From NCBI GenBank assembly GCA_031178565.1, contig JAPSIU010000002.1:1-38163 (forward strand): DNA of 38,163 nucleotides. Reading direction: 5' to 3'. The notes beneath the pieces were generated by a model that saw only the letters and a program-made list of their open reading frames with translations, made no database searches and was not told the DNA's origin. A program made the translations under genes and the position numbers. How positions within the stretch are numbered: the first letter of the stretch is position 1; every line of letters starts with the position of its first letter. The stretch is from Leucobacter sp. GTDB lineage: Bacteria > Actinomycetota > Actinomycetes > Actinomycetales > Microbacteriaceae. Shown in pieces: positions 7,493 through 16,596 of this stretch.

Positions 7493-8941
7493 TTGACCCA
7501 CTACGGCCACTTCATCGGCGGCTCGTTCGTCCCCGGAACGGACTTCGACGAGAACCGCAATCCCTCAGACACTCGAGACATCGTAGGCCTCTACGCACGA
7601 GGCGGCGAAGCCGACATCGACGCCGCAGTCGCGGCCGCAGAGGCGGCCTTCCCCGCGTGGGCGGGCGCTTCTCTCTCCGTCCGGTCCGAGGCTCTCCGCC
7701 GCATCGCCGACGGCATCACCGCGCGACAGGGGCAACTGGCCGACATGCTCGCTCGGGAGGAGGGCAAGACCCTCGGCGAGGCCATCGGCGAGGTGCGTCG
7801 CGCCGCAGCGACATTCGCCTACTACTCCGCTGAGATCCTGCACGCCCGCGGCGCAGTGTACGACGGCCTCGCCTCCGGCCAGAGCATCGAGACCGTCCAC
7901 CGCCCGCTCGGTGTCATCGGTATCATCACCCCCTGGAACTTCCCGATCGCGATCCCCGCCTGGAAGTCTGCGCCGGCGCTCGCCTACGGCAATACGGTGG
8001 TCCTCAAACCCGCCGAGCTGACACCCGGGACGGCCTGGCTGCTCGCGGACGTGATCCGTGAGAGCGGTCTTCCCGACGGTGTCTTCAACCTCGTAATGGG
8101 ACCCGGACGCGTGATCGGTTCACGTCTCTGCGAATCGGCGGGCGTACGTGCGATCACCTTCACCGGCTCCTCCGACGTCGGGCGAGGAGTCGCTCGCTCG
8201 GCCGTCGAGCACGGACTCAAGAAAGTGCAGCTCGAGCTCGGCGGGAAGAATCCCCTCGTGGTGATGGACGACGCGGACCTCGGGACGGCCGTCGCCGCAG
8301 CGCTCGACGGGGCCTACGGAAGCACTGGTCAGCGCTGCACGGCCTCGAGTCGGCTCATCGTTCACGATGCGGTGCACGACGAGTTCGTGACTGCGCTCGT
8401 CTCGGAGCTGCAAACGGTCACCGTCGGGGATGCACGTGCGGCGGGCACTCGCATGGGTCCGGCCGTGAGCGCGGAGCAGCTCCAGCAGGATCTCGACTAC
8501 ATCGGGCTCGGCGGCGAGGAGGGTGCCGAGCTGGCGTTCGGCGGCGAAGCGCTGCATCTCGCAACTCCCGGCCACTTTCTCCAGCCGACGCTACTCACCG
8601 GAACCCGCAACGACTGGCGGATCAACCAGGAAGAGATATTCGGCCCCGTCGCCACCGTGATCCGGGTCGACGACTACGACGAGGCGGTAGAGTTCGCGAA
8701 CGATGTCGACTACGGACTGTCCGCGGGCATCATCACTCGCTCACTCGCCCGCGCACGCGACTTCTCCGCTCGCAGTCAGGCCGGACTCATCTCGGTCAAC
8801 CGCTCGCCGGCCGGCTCGGAGTACCACGTCCCCTTCGGAGGCGCGAAGGCGTCGAGTTACGGGAGCCGGGAGCAGGGCACCGCGGCCCGCGAGTTCTTCA
8901 CCACCACCTCCACCATCTACACCCACCCCGGAGAGGTCTGA
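7493..8941 (+). CDS. NAD(P)-dependent aldehyde dehydrogenase (2-oxoglutarate semialdehyde DH-like)
   Basis: ITPWNFP, FTGS, LELGGKNP, GQRCTA (catalytic Cys), EEIFGPV. TTG start after GGAGGG. Confidence 0.93.
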   Translation: MTHYGHFIGGSFVPGTDFDENRNPSDTRDIVGLYARGGEADIDAAVAAAEAAFPAWAGASLSVRSEALRRIADGITARQGQLADMLAREEGKTLGEAIGEVRRAAATFAYYSAEILHARGAVYDGLASGQSIETVHRPLGVIGIITPWNFPIAIPAWKSAPALAYGNTVVLKPAELTPGTAWLLADVIRESGLPDGVFNLVMGPGRVIGSRLCESAGVRAITFTGSSDVGRGVARSAVEHGLKKVQLELGGKNPLVVMDDADLGTAVAAALDGAYGSTGQRCTASSRLIVHDAVHDEFVTALVSELQTVTVGDARAAGTRMGPAVSAEQLQQDLDYIGLGGEEGAELAFGGEALHLATPGHFLQPTLLTGTRNDWRINQEEIFGPVATVIRVDDYDEAVEFANDVDYGLSAGIITRSLARARDFSARSQAGLISVNRSPAGSEYHVPFGGAKASSYGSREQGTAAREFFTTTSTIYTHPGEV

Positions 8942-8944
8942 GTC

Positions 8945-9898
8945 ATGCCGCAGCTCCGCGTCGTCCTCCAGGAGTCCATCGATCACGACGGTGTCGCTCG
9001 GCTCGAGAAGGCCGGAGCCGATGTCACGGTGCTCGACGGGGTCGAAGACCCCCGCCTCTCCGACGCGCTCTCGCAGGCGGACGCCCTGATCGTGCGCTCC
9101 ACGCGAGTGGATGAGGCTCTGATCGCTCTCGGACCCGGGCTGCGCGTCATCGGTCGCCACGGCGCCGGACTCGACAACATCGACCTCGCAGCGGCGGCGA
9201 GACGCGGCATCCGCGTCGTGAACACGCCCCGAGCCAATACCGAGTCCGTGGCCGATTACGTCATCGCGGCGACGTTCCATCTGCTCCGCCGATTCGATGC
9301 CGCGCGCGAGCAGCTCTCGAACGGGGGCTTCTCCGAACCGAGCTCGCTTCCGGGTCAGGTGCAGCGGGCCGGACTGCTGGGGAGGGAGATCCGAGGAGCC
9401 CGTTTCGGGCTTGTCGGGGCCGGTGCGATCGGCCGGGCCGTTGCAGGCAAAGCCCTCGCGCTCGGAGCGACCGTCGAGGCCTACGACCCCTTCGCAGACC
9501 CCGCGGCGCTGCTGGACGCGGGGATCCGGCCGCGAGAGGATCTCGACGCGCTCATCGCGCACTCCGATGTGCTGAGTCTGCACCTGCCCGGCGGCCCCGA
9601 GAACCTCGGGATCATCGACGCACGGCGCATCTCCCTCCTGCCGCGGGGCTCCGTGCTCATCAACGCGGCTCGCGGCGGGCTCGTCGACCACTCGGCGCTC
9701 ATCGAGGCCGTCCGCTCGAGGCGCCTCCTCGGCGCGGCCGTCGATGTCTACGACCCCGAGCCGCCGAAGCAGGATGAACCGATCCTGCACGAGCCGAACA
9801 TCCTCGCGACGCCGCATCTCGCAGCGATGACCGAGGACGCCGTGCGGCGCATGGCCGTGGACGTGGCCGACGCGGTGCTTCGCGCTCTCTCGGAGTGA
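8945..9898 (+). CDS. D-isomer-specific 2-hydroxyacid dehydrogenase (SerA-like)
   Basis: RHGAGLDNID, GAGAIG, NAARG, DVYDPEP, TPHLA. Confidence 0.92.
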   Translation: MPQLRVVLQESIDHDGVARLEKAGADVTVLDGVEDPRLSDALSQADALIVRSTRVDEALIALGPGLRVIGRHGAGLDNIDLAAAARRGIRVVNTPRANTESVADYVIAATFHLLRRFDAAREQLSNGGFSEPSSLPGQVQRAGLLGREIRGARFGLVGAGAIGRAVAGKALALGATVEAYDPFADPAALLDAGIRPREDLDALIAHSDVLSLHLPGGPENLGIIDARRISLLPRGSVLINAARGGLVDHSALIEAVRSRRLLGAAVDVYDPEPPKQDEPILHEPNILATPHLAAMTEDAVRRMAVDVADAVLRALSE

Positions 9899-9901
9899 TC
9901 C

Positions 9902-9926
9902 CGCGGGGCGACGAGGTCGCCCCGCG
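9902..9926. terminator. Hairpin between convergent genes
   Basis: cgcggggcgac-gag-gtcgccccgcg, 11-bp perfect stem. Confidence 0.6.
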
Positions 9927-9939
9927 CACCGCGCGGGTC

Positions 9940-11625
9940 CTACACCCGCCTCAGCACTCCGTCTGCGATCCGCAACGTGGGCGAGATGTCATTCACGCTC
10001 GTCCGCAATTCGATCACCGCGGGGCCACCGCGTTCCAGCACCAGGTCGACCGCCGCGGTGAAGCCGGCGAGGTCGCTGACGGAATGACCCGGGATACCGT
10101 ACCCGCGGGCGACCGCCGCGAAGTCCGGATTCGTCAGCGAAGTGCCGCTGACCCGGCCGGGGAACTCCCGCTCCTGATGCATGCGGATCGTGCCGTACGC
10201 TCCGTTGTTCACGACGATGGAGATGACCGGCAGATCCCGAGCGGCAACGGTGGCGAGCTCCATGATGCTCATGCCGAAGCAGCCGTCACCGCCGAACACG
10301 ACCGCCGGTCGTCCCGCGCCGAGCACCGCAGCGGCCACGCCCGCCGGAAGGCCGTAGCTCATGGCGCCGTTCGCGGGTGCGAGCTGCGTGCCGTAGCGGC
10401 GGTATCTGAAGTAGCGATGCACCCAGATCGCGTAGTTGCCCGCTCCGTTCGCGATCGGCGTGCCCTCGGGGAGGCGGTCCGACAACCACGCGACGGCCTC
10501 CGCGAGCAGATCTCCCGCTGTCGGCCGCAGCCGCTCTTCGAACGCCGCGCGGGCAAGCGCGGTCCGCGCAGCCCAGCGCTCGCCATCGACCGACACCTCG
10601 CGGATCGAGCGCAGTGCCTCCCCCGAGCTCGCGAGGAAGGCCTCATCGGCGTGGAGGTACCGATCCAGATCCGTTTCGGAGTGGGCGACGTGCACCACGC
10701 GTCGCTCCGGCGAGGGTGCGAGAAGCGTGTATCCTCGCGTGTCGACATCGCCGAAATGCCCTCCCAGGCCGATCACCAGATCCGACTCCTCCACGAGTCG
10801 CACGACATCGGGCTCGACCGAGAGGCTGAGGTGACCGACGTACGAACGGGAGTCGTTGTCCATCAGGTCCTGGCATCTCCACGCGGCGACGACGGGGAGC
10901 TCGTTTCGTTCGGCGAAATCGGCGATTGCCGCGTGCTGCTCGGTCCCCCAGCCGCCCCTGCCCAGCACCACGAGCGGTCGGCGCGCGCGTTCGAGCTCCT
11001 CTGCGAGCGTCGCCGCGAGGCCCGCCACTGAGCCGCGCTCCGCGAGCACCACCCGACGAGGTGGTGTCGGAGCGACCATCTCGTAGAGCATGTCCTCGGG
11101 GAGCTCGATCACGACCGGGCCGGGCCGCCCGGTCGTAGCGATGCGTACCGCTCGTGAGATCGTCTCCGGGATTCGCGCAGCGACGTCGATCGTCGCGACC
11201 CACTTCGCCATCGACGAGAACACCTGGTGCGAGTCGAACTCCTGAAACGCCCCCCGGCCGCGATCTCCGCGTGCGATCTGACCGACGAAGAGCAGCAACG
11301 GCGTCGCGTCCTGGTCCGCCGTGTGCACCGCGATGGCCGCGTGCATCGCTCCGGGCCCGCGAGTGACGAAGCAGACCCCCGGCCGACCCGTCAGCTTTCC
11401 CACGGCCTCGGCCATGTGGCCGGCGGGCGATTCGTGGCGGCAGACGGTGAGGTCGGCGTCGGCGAAGTCGGCGATGGCGTCGAGCACCGGCAGGAAGCTC
11501 TCTCCGGGCACGCAGCTGTAGTGGCGGAGTCCCTGGTCGAGCAGGCTCTGCACCAGCAGATGACCGGCGCGCACGGCTGTCCTCTCCGTCGGCTCCGTCT
11601 CGAGGATCGCACGTTCGCGGTTCAT
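9940..11625 (-). CDS. Thiamine-diphosphate-dependent enzyme (acetolactate synthase-like/decarboxylase)
   Basis: CVPGES, CRHE, VTRGPG, GAMSYGLP, GDGCF...NNGAYGTIRMHQ ThDP motif. Confidence 0.92.
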   Translation of the reverse strand: MNRERAILETEPTERTAVRAGHLLVQSLLDQGLRHYSCVPGESFLPVLDAIADFADADLTVCRHESPAGHMAEAVGKLTGRPGVCFVTRGPGAMHAAIAVHTADQDATPLLLFVGQIARGDRGRGAFQEFDSHQVFSSMAKWVATIDVAARIPETISRAVRIATTGRPGPVVIELPEDMLYEMVAPTPPRRVVLAERGSVAGLAATLAEELERARRPLVVLGRGGWGTEQHAAIADFAERNELPVVAAWRCQDLMDNDSRSYVGHLSLSVEPDVVRLVEESDLVIGLGGHFGDVDTRGYTLLAPSPERRVVHVAHSETDLDRYLHADEAFLASSGEALRSIREVSVDGERWAARTALARAAFEERLRPTAGDLLAEAVAWLSDRLPEGTPIANGAGNYAIWVHRYFRYRRYGTQLAPANGAMSYGLPAGVAAAVLGAGRPAVVFGGDGCFGMSIMELATVAARDLPVISIVVNNGAYGTIRMHQEREFPGRVSGTSLTNPDFAAVARGYGIPGHSVSDLAGFTAAVDLVLERGGPAVIELRTSVNDISPTLRIADGVLRRV

Positions 11626-12581
11626 GCGCCGGCCTCCCCCGCGAGGATCGCGGCGATGTGAGCGGCGGCCCCCGAGTAGAGGGCCGCCGTGGCCTCCGGG
11701 GTATCGAAGGCCACATGGGGCGTCAGCACGGTGTTCGGTGTGCGACGCTGAGGGTCATCCGGGGCGAGCGGTTCGGGCTCGAAGACGTCCGCCGCGTAGC
11801 GGATCCGGCCCGCGCGGGCCGCGGCGTGCGCCGCCCCGACGTCGAGGACGCCGGCACGAGCCGTGTTGACGAGGATCGCTCCCGGCTTCAGCGAGGCGAT
11901 CAGTTCGGACGAGATCAGGCCACGGCTCTCCGCCGTGAGTGCGAGGTGCAGCGAGACCGCATCCGCGCGCGCGAACAGTTCCGCCAGCGGCGCGAGCGCG
12001 GTCCCGGTCCCCTCCGTCCGCGCGCCCAGCTCGGCGCTGCGATTCCATCCGATGACCTCCATGCCGATGCCCCGTCCGAGTTCCGCCATGCGACGTCCGA
12101 TCCCGCCGAGGCCGACGACACCGAGGGTTTTGGCCCGCAGCAGCGCTCCGCCCAGCGGATCCCATTCGCCCCTCCGCATCGATGCATCGAGACGAGGGAT
12201 CTCGCGCGCTGATGAGAGCAGCAGCGCGAGTGCATGCTCCGCGACGGAGTCGTCGCCGTATCGCTGGACCGTGCGCACTTCGATGCCGCGTTCGGCCGCG
12301 AGGGGAAGATTGATATGGTCGGCCGCTCCGGTGCCGAGGAAGACGATGTGGCGAACGCGCGGGAACGCCACGAGCGCCCGGTCGGGGATGCCCCAGCCCG
12401 CGATCACGACCTCAGCGGCGCCCACCCGGTCGAGCCAGACTTCCGCGCTTCCGGGGGCGCCGTAGTGGACGGAGACATCGGCGGGAGCGATGTCCTGCGA
12501 GAGGAGGGCATCCTCGAGCAGCTCGCGGTCGTCGGGGCTCCCGTCCGGGTGGACGATCCTGTAGCCGGCTTCTTCCGTCAT
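11622..12581 (-). CDS. D-isomer-specific 2-hydroxyacid dehydrogenase
   Basis: VAEHALAL, GLGGIG, NTARA, DVFEPEP, TPHVA. ATGA overlap with the ThDP enzyme gene. Confidence 0.9.
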   Translation of the reverse strand: MTEEAGYRIVHPDGSPDDRELLEDALLSQDIAPADVSVHYGAPGSAEVWLDRVGAAEVVIAGWGIPDRALVAFPRVRHIVFLGTGAADHINLPLAAERGIEVRTVQRYGDDSVAEHALALLLSSAREIPRLDASMRRGEWDPLGGALLRAKTLGVVGLGGIGRRMAELGRGIGMEVIGWNRSAELGARTEGTGTALAPLAELFARADAVSLHLALTAESRGLISSELIASLKPGAILVNTARAGVLDVGAAHAAARAGRIRYAADVFEPEPLAPDDPQRRTPNTVLTPHVAFDTPEATAALYSGAAAHIAAILAGEAGA

Positions 12582-12661
12582 CGCGCCTCCTTGCGCCGTC
12601 GCTGGCCCGCGTCGGGTCTCAGCCGCACGGATTCTTTCGGGTGTGCAGATTCACGACTTAG

Positions 12662-12675
12662 TGGTAACGTTATCA
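12662..12675. promoter_or_regulatory. LacI-type operator 2 (TGGTAACGTTATCA)
   Basis: One mismatch to palindrome TGATAACGTTATCA, located in a divergent intergenic region. Confidence 0.7.
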
Positions 12676-12743
12676 AAATCGAGTCTAGCGTGTTTCGACA
12701 CCCGGGCAAAGATGCATCCGCTCGATGATTGGAGAACAACGAA

Positions 12744-13403
12744 GTGCCCTCTCAATCCACGGCCGGCCGGAAGGCCCTGCGCGCGCTCGGAGCGGCGGCC
12801 CGATTCATTGAGGAAGACCTCCCGGCCGCTCTGCTCGCGATCTGCGTCGTCCTGCTCTGCACCGACGTCGTGGGCCGATATGTCTTCAACCATCCGTTCG
12901 TCGGCGCCGGATCTCTCGCCATGGTCTGCTTCGTCTGGGTCACCTACATCGGCTCCGCCGCCATCGCCCGTCGGGGTCGCCACATCGTGATCGACGTGCT
13001 CACCGATCGGTTCTCCCCGAGGCTCCAGGCCATCGTCCAGATACTCGTGCAGATGCTCGTGCTCGGGATGATCTGCTACGTGATCGGTTACGCGTGGAAT
13101 GCACTGCTCAACACCCGCTTCGTCGAGATCCCGGGGATCGGCATCAGCCGCCGCGTGATCACTCTCGCGTTGTTCATCGGGTTCCTCCTCATGCTGGTCT
13201 ACGCCGCGCGCGACCTCGTGCTCGCGTTCCGCGGAGCTCTGACGGGCTCGTACTCCGTGCGCACCGACGACGACGAGTTCGAATCCCTCAACACGGCCTC
13301 CCCCACTCGCGCCGGCTACGAACCCCCTGCCGAGGTCACCGAAGCCGTGTTCATCAAGGAGGCCCTGGACGAGGACGACCGGCCGAAGGGAGACCGTCGA
13401 TGA
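12744..13403 (+). CDS. dctQ: TRAP transporter small permease
   Basis: DVVGRYVFNHP, RRGRHIVIDVL, four TM helices. GTG 12744 follows RBS GGAGA (track start TTG 12729 also possible). Confidence 0.9.
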   Translation: MPSQSTAGRKALRALGAAARFIEEDLPAALLAICVVLLCTDVVGRYVFNHPFVGAGSLAMVCFVWVTYIGSAAIARRGRHIVIDVLTDRFSPRLQAIVQILVQMLVLGMICYVIGYAWNALLNTRFVEIPGIGISRRVITLALFIGFLLMLVYAARDLVLAFRGALTGSYSVRTDDDEFESLNTASPTRAGYEPPAEVTEAVFIKEALDEDDRPKGDRR

Positions 13404-14680
13404 CACTCGCGATCCTCATCCTCGTGATGCTCGCGCTCCTCGCCCTCCGGGTGCCGGTCTGGGCCTCGCTGCTCACGGTCTCAGTCGGGTACATGGCCTT
13501 CGAGGGCGGCGGAGGAGGCGCGCAGGTGATCCAACGCCTCACAAGCGGCCTCGATTCGTTCCCGCTGCTCGCGGTGCCCTTCTTCATCCTCGCCGGCGTC
13601 ATCATGGCCGGCGGGGGCGTAGCCGACAGGCTGATGGGCTTCGCGACGACGCTCGTCGGCCACGTGCGGGGAGGGCTCGGCCAGGTGAACGTGCTCAACA
13701 GCCTCTTCATCGGCGGGATGTCCGGCTCGGCGAACGCCGACGCGGCGATCGACGCGAAGGTGCTCGTGCCGATCATGCGCAGGCAGGGCTACACCAACGC
13801 CTTCGCCTCGGCGATCAGTGTGGCCTCGGGATCGATCAGCCCGATCCTGCCGCCGAGCATCGGCCTCATCCTCTACGGCGTCCTGGGCAACGTCTCGATC
13901 GGCGACCTCTTCATCGCCGGCGTGCTCCCCGGCATCCTGATCGCGATCGCGCTCTCGGTCACCGTGTGGATCCTTGCTCGGATCAACGACTTCCCCCGGG
14001 CGCACGACCATCGCCCGACGCTGCAGCAGATCTGGATCGGGTTCCGGCGTTCCTTCGGTGCGCTGCTGATGCCCGTGCTCCTGCTCGTCGGGCTGCGCCT
14101 CGGGATCATGACCCCGACCGAGCTCGGCGCGGTGCTCGTGGTCTACGCTCTTGTCCTCAGCATGTTCGTCTACAGGCGAATCACCTGGCGAGACATCCCG
14201 CGCCTCCTGCGCGAGGCCGTGCTCACCACCGGGGTCGTCATGATCATCATCGCGACCGCCTCGGTGTTCGGCATCGTGGTGGCCTACGAGCGCATCCCGG
14301 ATCAGCTCTCCGAGTTCCTGCTCGGGATCTCGGACAACCCGCTGGTGCTCGTGCTCATCATCAATCTGATCCTGCTGATCCTCGGCATCTTCCTCGAGTC
14401 GTCCAGTCTCATGATCATCCTGGTGCCCGCGCTCGCGCCGCTCGCACTGGAGCTCGGCATCGACCCGGTGCAGTTCGGCGTGATCATCGTGCTGAACCTC
14501 TCGATCGGATCATTGACCCCGCCGGTGGGCACGGTCGTCTACACCGTGGCCGCCATCACGAAGGTGTCGATCGCAGCCTTCACCCGGGCGTTCATCCCCA
14601 TGTTCATCGCGCTCGTGGCCGTACTGCTCGCGGTGACGTTCATCCCGCAGCTCACGACGTGGCTGCCGGCCGTGCTCTGA
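13400..14680 (+). CDS. dctM: TRAP transporter large permease
   Basis: SFPLLAVPFFILAG, GGMSGSANAD, ILPPSI, LTPPVG. ATGA overlap with dctQ. Confidence 0.95.
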   Translation: MTLAILILVMLALLALRVPVWASLLTVSVGYMAFEGGGGGAQVIQRLTSGLDSFPLLAVPFFILAGVIMAGGGVADRLMGFATTLVGHVRGGLGQVNVLNSLFIGGMSGSANADAAIDAKVLVPIMRRQGYTNAFASAISVASGSISPILPPSIGLILYGVLGNVSIGDLFIAGVLPGILIAIALSVTVWILARINDFPRAHDHRPTLQQIWIGFRRSFGALLMPVLLLVGLRLGIMTPTELGAVLVVYALVLSMFVYRRITWRDIPRLLREAVLTTGVVMIIIATASVFGIVVAYERIPDQLSEFLLGISDNPLVLVLIINLILLILGIFLESSSLMIILVPALAPLALELGIDPVQFGVIIVLNLSIGSLTPPVGTVVYTVAAITKVSIAAFTRAFIPMFIALVAVLLAVTFIPQLTTWLPAVL

Positions 14681-14709
14681 CGTCGGGGCGGAGGCGCCTC
14701 GGGTTCCGG

Positions 14710-15717
14710 CTAACCGGCCGGTGGGGCGGTGGAGGAGCGCACGACGAGCTCGGCGCGGTGCCGCACGTCGACGACTCCCCTCGGACCGGTGCCGCTCAAA
14801 CGGTTCACCATGAGCGCCGCGGCATCCTGTCCGATGCGGTCGACGGGCTGGGCCATCACCGTGAGCGGCGCCTCCAGCAGGCGGTAGAGCGTGTGGTCGT
14901 CGACGCCCATGACCGAGATGTCGCGGGGCACGGCGAGGCCTGCCTCCCGCACCGCGTAGAGCGCCGCCTCCGTCATGAGCGAGTCGAACGCGATCAGCGC
15001 CGTCGGACGGGACCGCTCCTCCGCGAGGACTGCGCGGACGCATGACTCGGCCTCGGCCGGGTCGGTTCCCGCACGCACCATGAGTGCCTCGCAGCCGGCC
15101 TCCCGCAGTGCCTCCACAGCGCCCCTCGTACGGTCGGGCGACGAAGCGATATCCTCCGAATCGAAGACGAGACCGACCCGGCGGTGACCGAGGCCGATGA
15201 AGTAGCGGGCGGCGTCGCCCCCGAGCGCGTAGTTGTCGACGGTGATCGAATCGATGCCGTCCGAGGCCAGCGAGCGATCGATCGCGACCACGGCGACACC
15301 GCTCTCGTTCAGACGACGGAGGTGCTCGTGCATGTCGCGATGCGCGGACGCTACGATGAGCCCGGGACTCATCCTGGCCCGCATGCCCTCGATGATGCGG
15401 CGCTCCCGTTCGACATCCTCGTACGAACTCGAGACCGCCAGCAGGTATCCCGCATCCTCCAGCGCGTCCGAGAGCCGGTGGGCGATCGTCGCGAAGAACG
15501 GGAGCTCGAGGTTCCCCGGCAAGAACGTGACCGTCCGCGTCACGCCGGCTCGCAGCGCTTGCGCGATGTAGTTCGTCTCGTAGCCCAGCTTCTCGGCCGC
15601 CCTCGCCACGCGCTCACGGGCGGCGGCGCTCGTCGAGCCGTAGCCGTTCAGCGCCCTCGCCGCGGTGGCTTGGGAGACTCCGGCTTCCGCCGCCACCTCC
15701 CTGATCGTGATGGGCAC
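14710..15717 (-). CDS. LacI family transcriptional regulator
   Basis: TIREVAAEAGVSQATAARALNG HTH, YETNYIAQAL hinge, VPRDISVMGVDD, LVVRSST. Confidence 0.95.
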   Translation of the reverse strand: MPITIREVAAEAGVSQATAARALNGYGSTSAAARERVARAAEKLGYETNYIAQALRAGVTRTVTFLPGNLELPFFATIAHRLSDALEDAGYLLAVSSSYEDVERERRIIEGMRARMSPGLIVASAHRDMHEHLRRLNESGVAVVAIDRSLASDGIDSITVDNYALGGDAARYFIGLGHRRVGLVFDSEDIASSPDRTRGAVEALREAGCEALMVRAGTDPAEAESCVRAVLAEERSRPTALIAFDSLMTEAALYAVREAGLAVPRDISVMGVDDHTLYRLLEAPLTVMAQPVDRIGQDAAALMVNRLSGTGPRGVVDVRHRAELVVRSSTAPPAG

Positions 15718-16568
15718 TACCCGGCCCGAGCCGCGTCGACGCGCGCGAACGCATCGCGGATCGCGGAGAGGTTCCGGGTATGAGCGGCGGTCGGATCGTA
15801 CGAGTAGTCCGCGCCGAAGATCTCAGCAGTCATAAGGCCGTCATACCCGACTTCGCGCAGTTCCGTCAAATACCGTTCGAGCGGGAGCTCGCCGTCTCCC
15901 CAGGCGAGGTGCCCGCTCGGCTTGCCGTCGACGAGGTGGACATGCCAGACACGATCGCCGAAGCGCGCGAAGTAGTCGGGGATCGCCTCTCCCGAAGTCG
16001 CCATGGCGACCGTGTCGAGTGCGATTCCCAGGTTGGGCGCGTCAGCGGCGTCGAAGAGGTTTCCCAACTGCTCGAGTCCGACGTCGAGGTTCGATTCGCG
16101 GCGCTGGAGTCCCTCGAGCACGCATCGGAGTCCGAGAGCTTCGGCGTACTCCGCGATCTCGTGGATCCGCTCGGCCGAGCGCTCGCGTGCGGCCTCGATC
16201 GGTTCTCCTTCCCAGCCCCATCCGCCGGTGAGGAACAGGAGGTCGCCCTCGAGTTCCGCGCACAGCTCGGCGGCATTGCGGAACATCCGTGTGGTGTGCT
16301 CCACGATCACCGGATCGTCCGATGCGACGTTCACGGGGTACATGATCTGCTCGGGGGTGACGCAGTAGAGGCGCAACTCGCGCGCGTCGAGCTCCTGCCG
16401 GAGGCGGCGAACCGACGGCACGGTCAACTGGAAGAGGTCGATGTGCTGGGACACCCCCCAGAGCTCGAGCTCCCTGCGCTCGAGGACCGCCATGTCGTCG
16501 AGCCAGCGCGTGAGCGGAACCCTGTGGTAGGCGAAGTTGGTTCCGGTGATCGAATCGATCGACAGCAT
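15717..16568 (-). CDS. frlC: Sugar phosphate isomerase/epimerase, fructoselysine 3-epimerase-like TIM barrel
   Basis: LELWGVSQH, TPEQIMYPVNVAS, LEGLQRRESN, LDTVAM, HVHLVDG, HLAWGDGELPL, TAEI. RBS GAGAGGA. Confidence 0.8.
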   Translation of the reverse strand: MLSIDSITGTNFAYHRVPLTRWLDDMAVLERRELELWGVSQHIDLFQLTVPSVRRLRQELDARELRLYCVTPEQIMYPVNVASDDPVIVEHTTRMFRNAAELCAELEGDLLFLTGGWGWEGEPIEAARERSAERIHEIAEYAEALGLRCVLEGLQRRESNLDVGLEQLGNLFDAADAPNLGIALDTVAMATSGEAIPDYFARFGDRVWHVHLVDGKPSGHLAWGDGELPLERYLTELREVGYDGLMTAEIFGADYSYDPTAAHTRNLSAIRDAFARVDAARAG

Positions 16569-16596
16569 GACAGTCCTCTCGTGTTCGGTTCTCCCA

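Noticed and set aside
13094-13399. Track N-terminal extension of dctM (similar extensions at 20627 and 22895)
   Set aside because: They overlap upstream genes out of frame. ATGA-coupled starts at 13400, 21068 and 23168 fit family N-termini.
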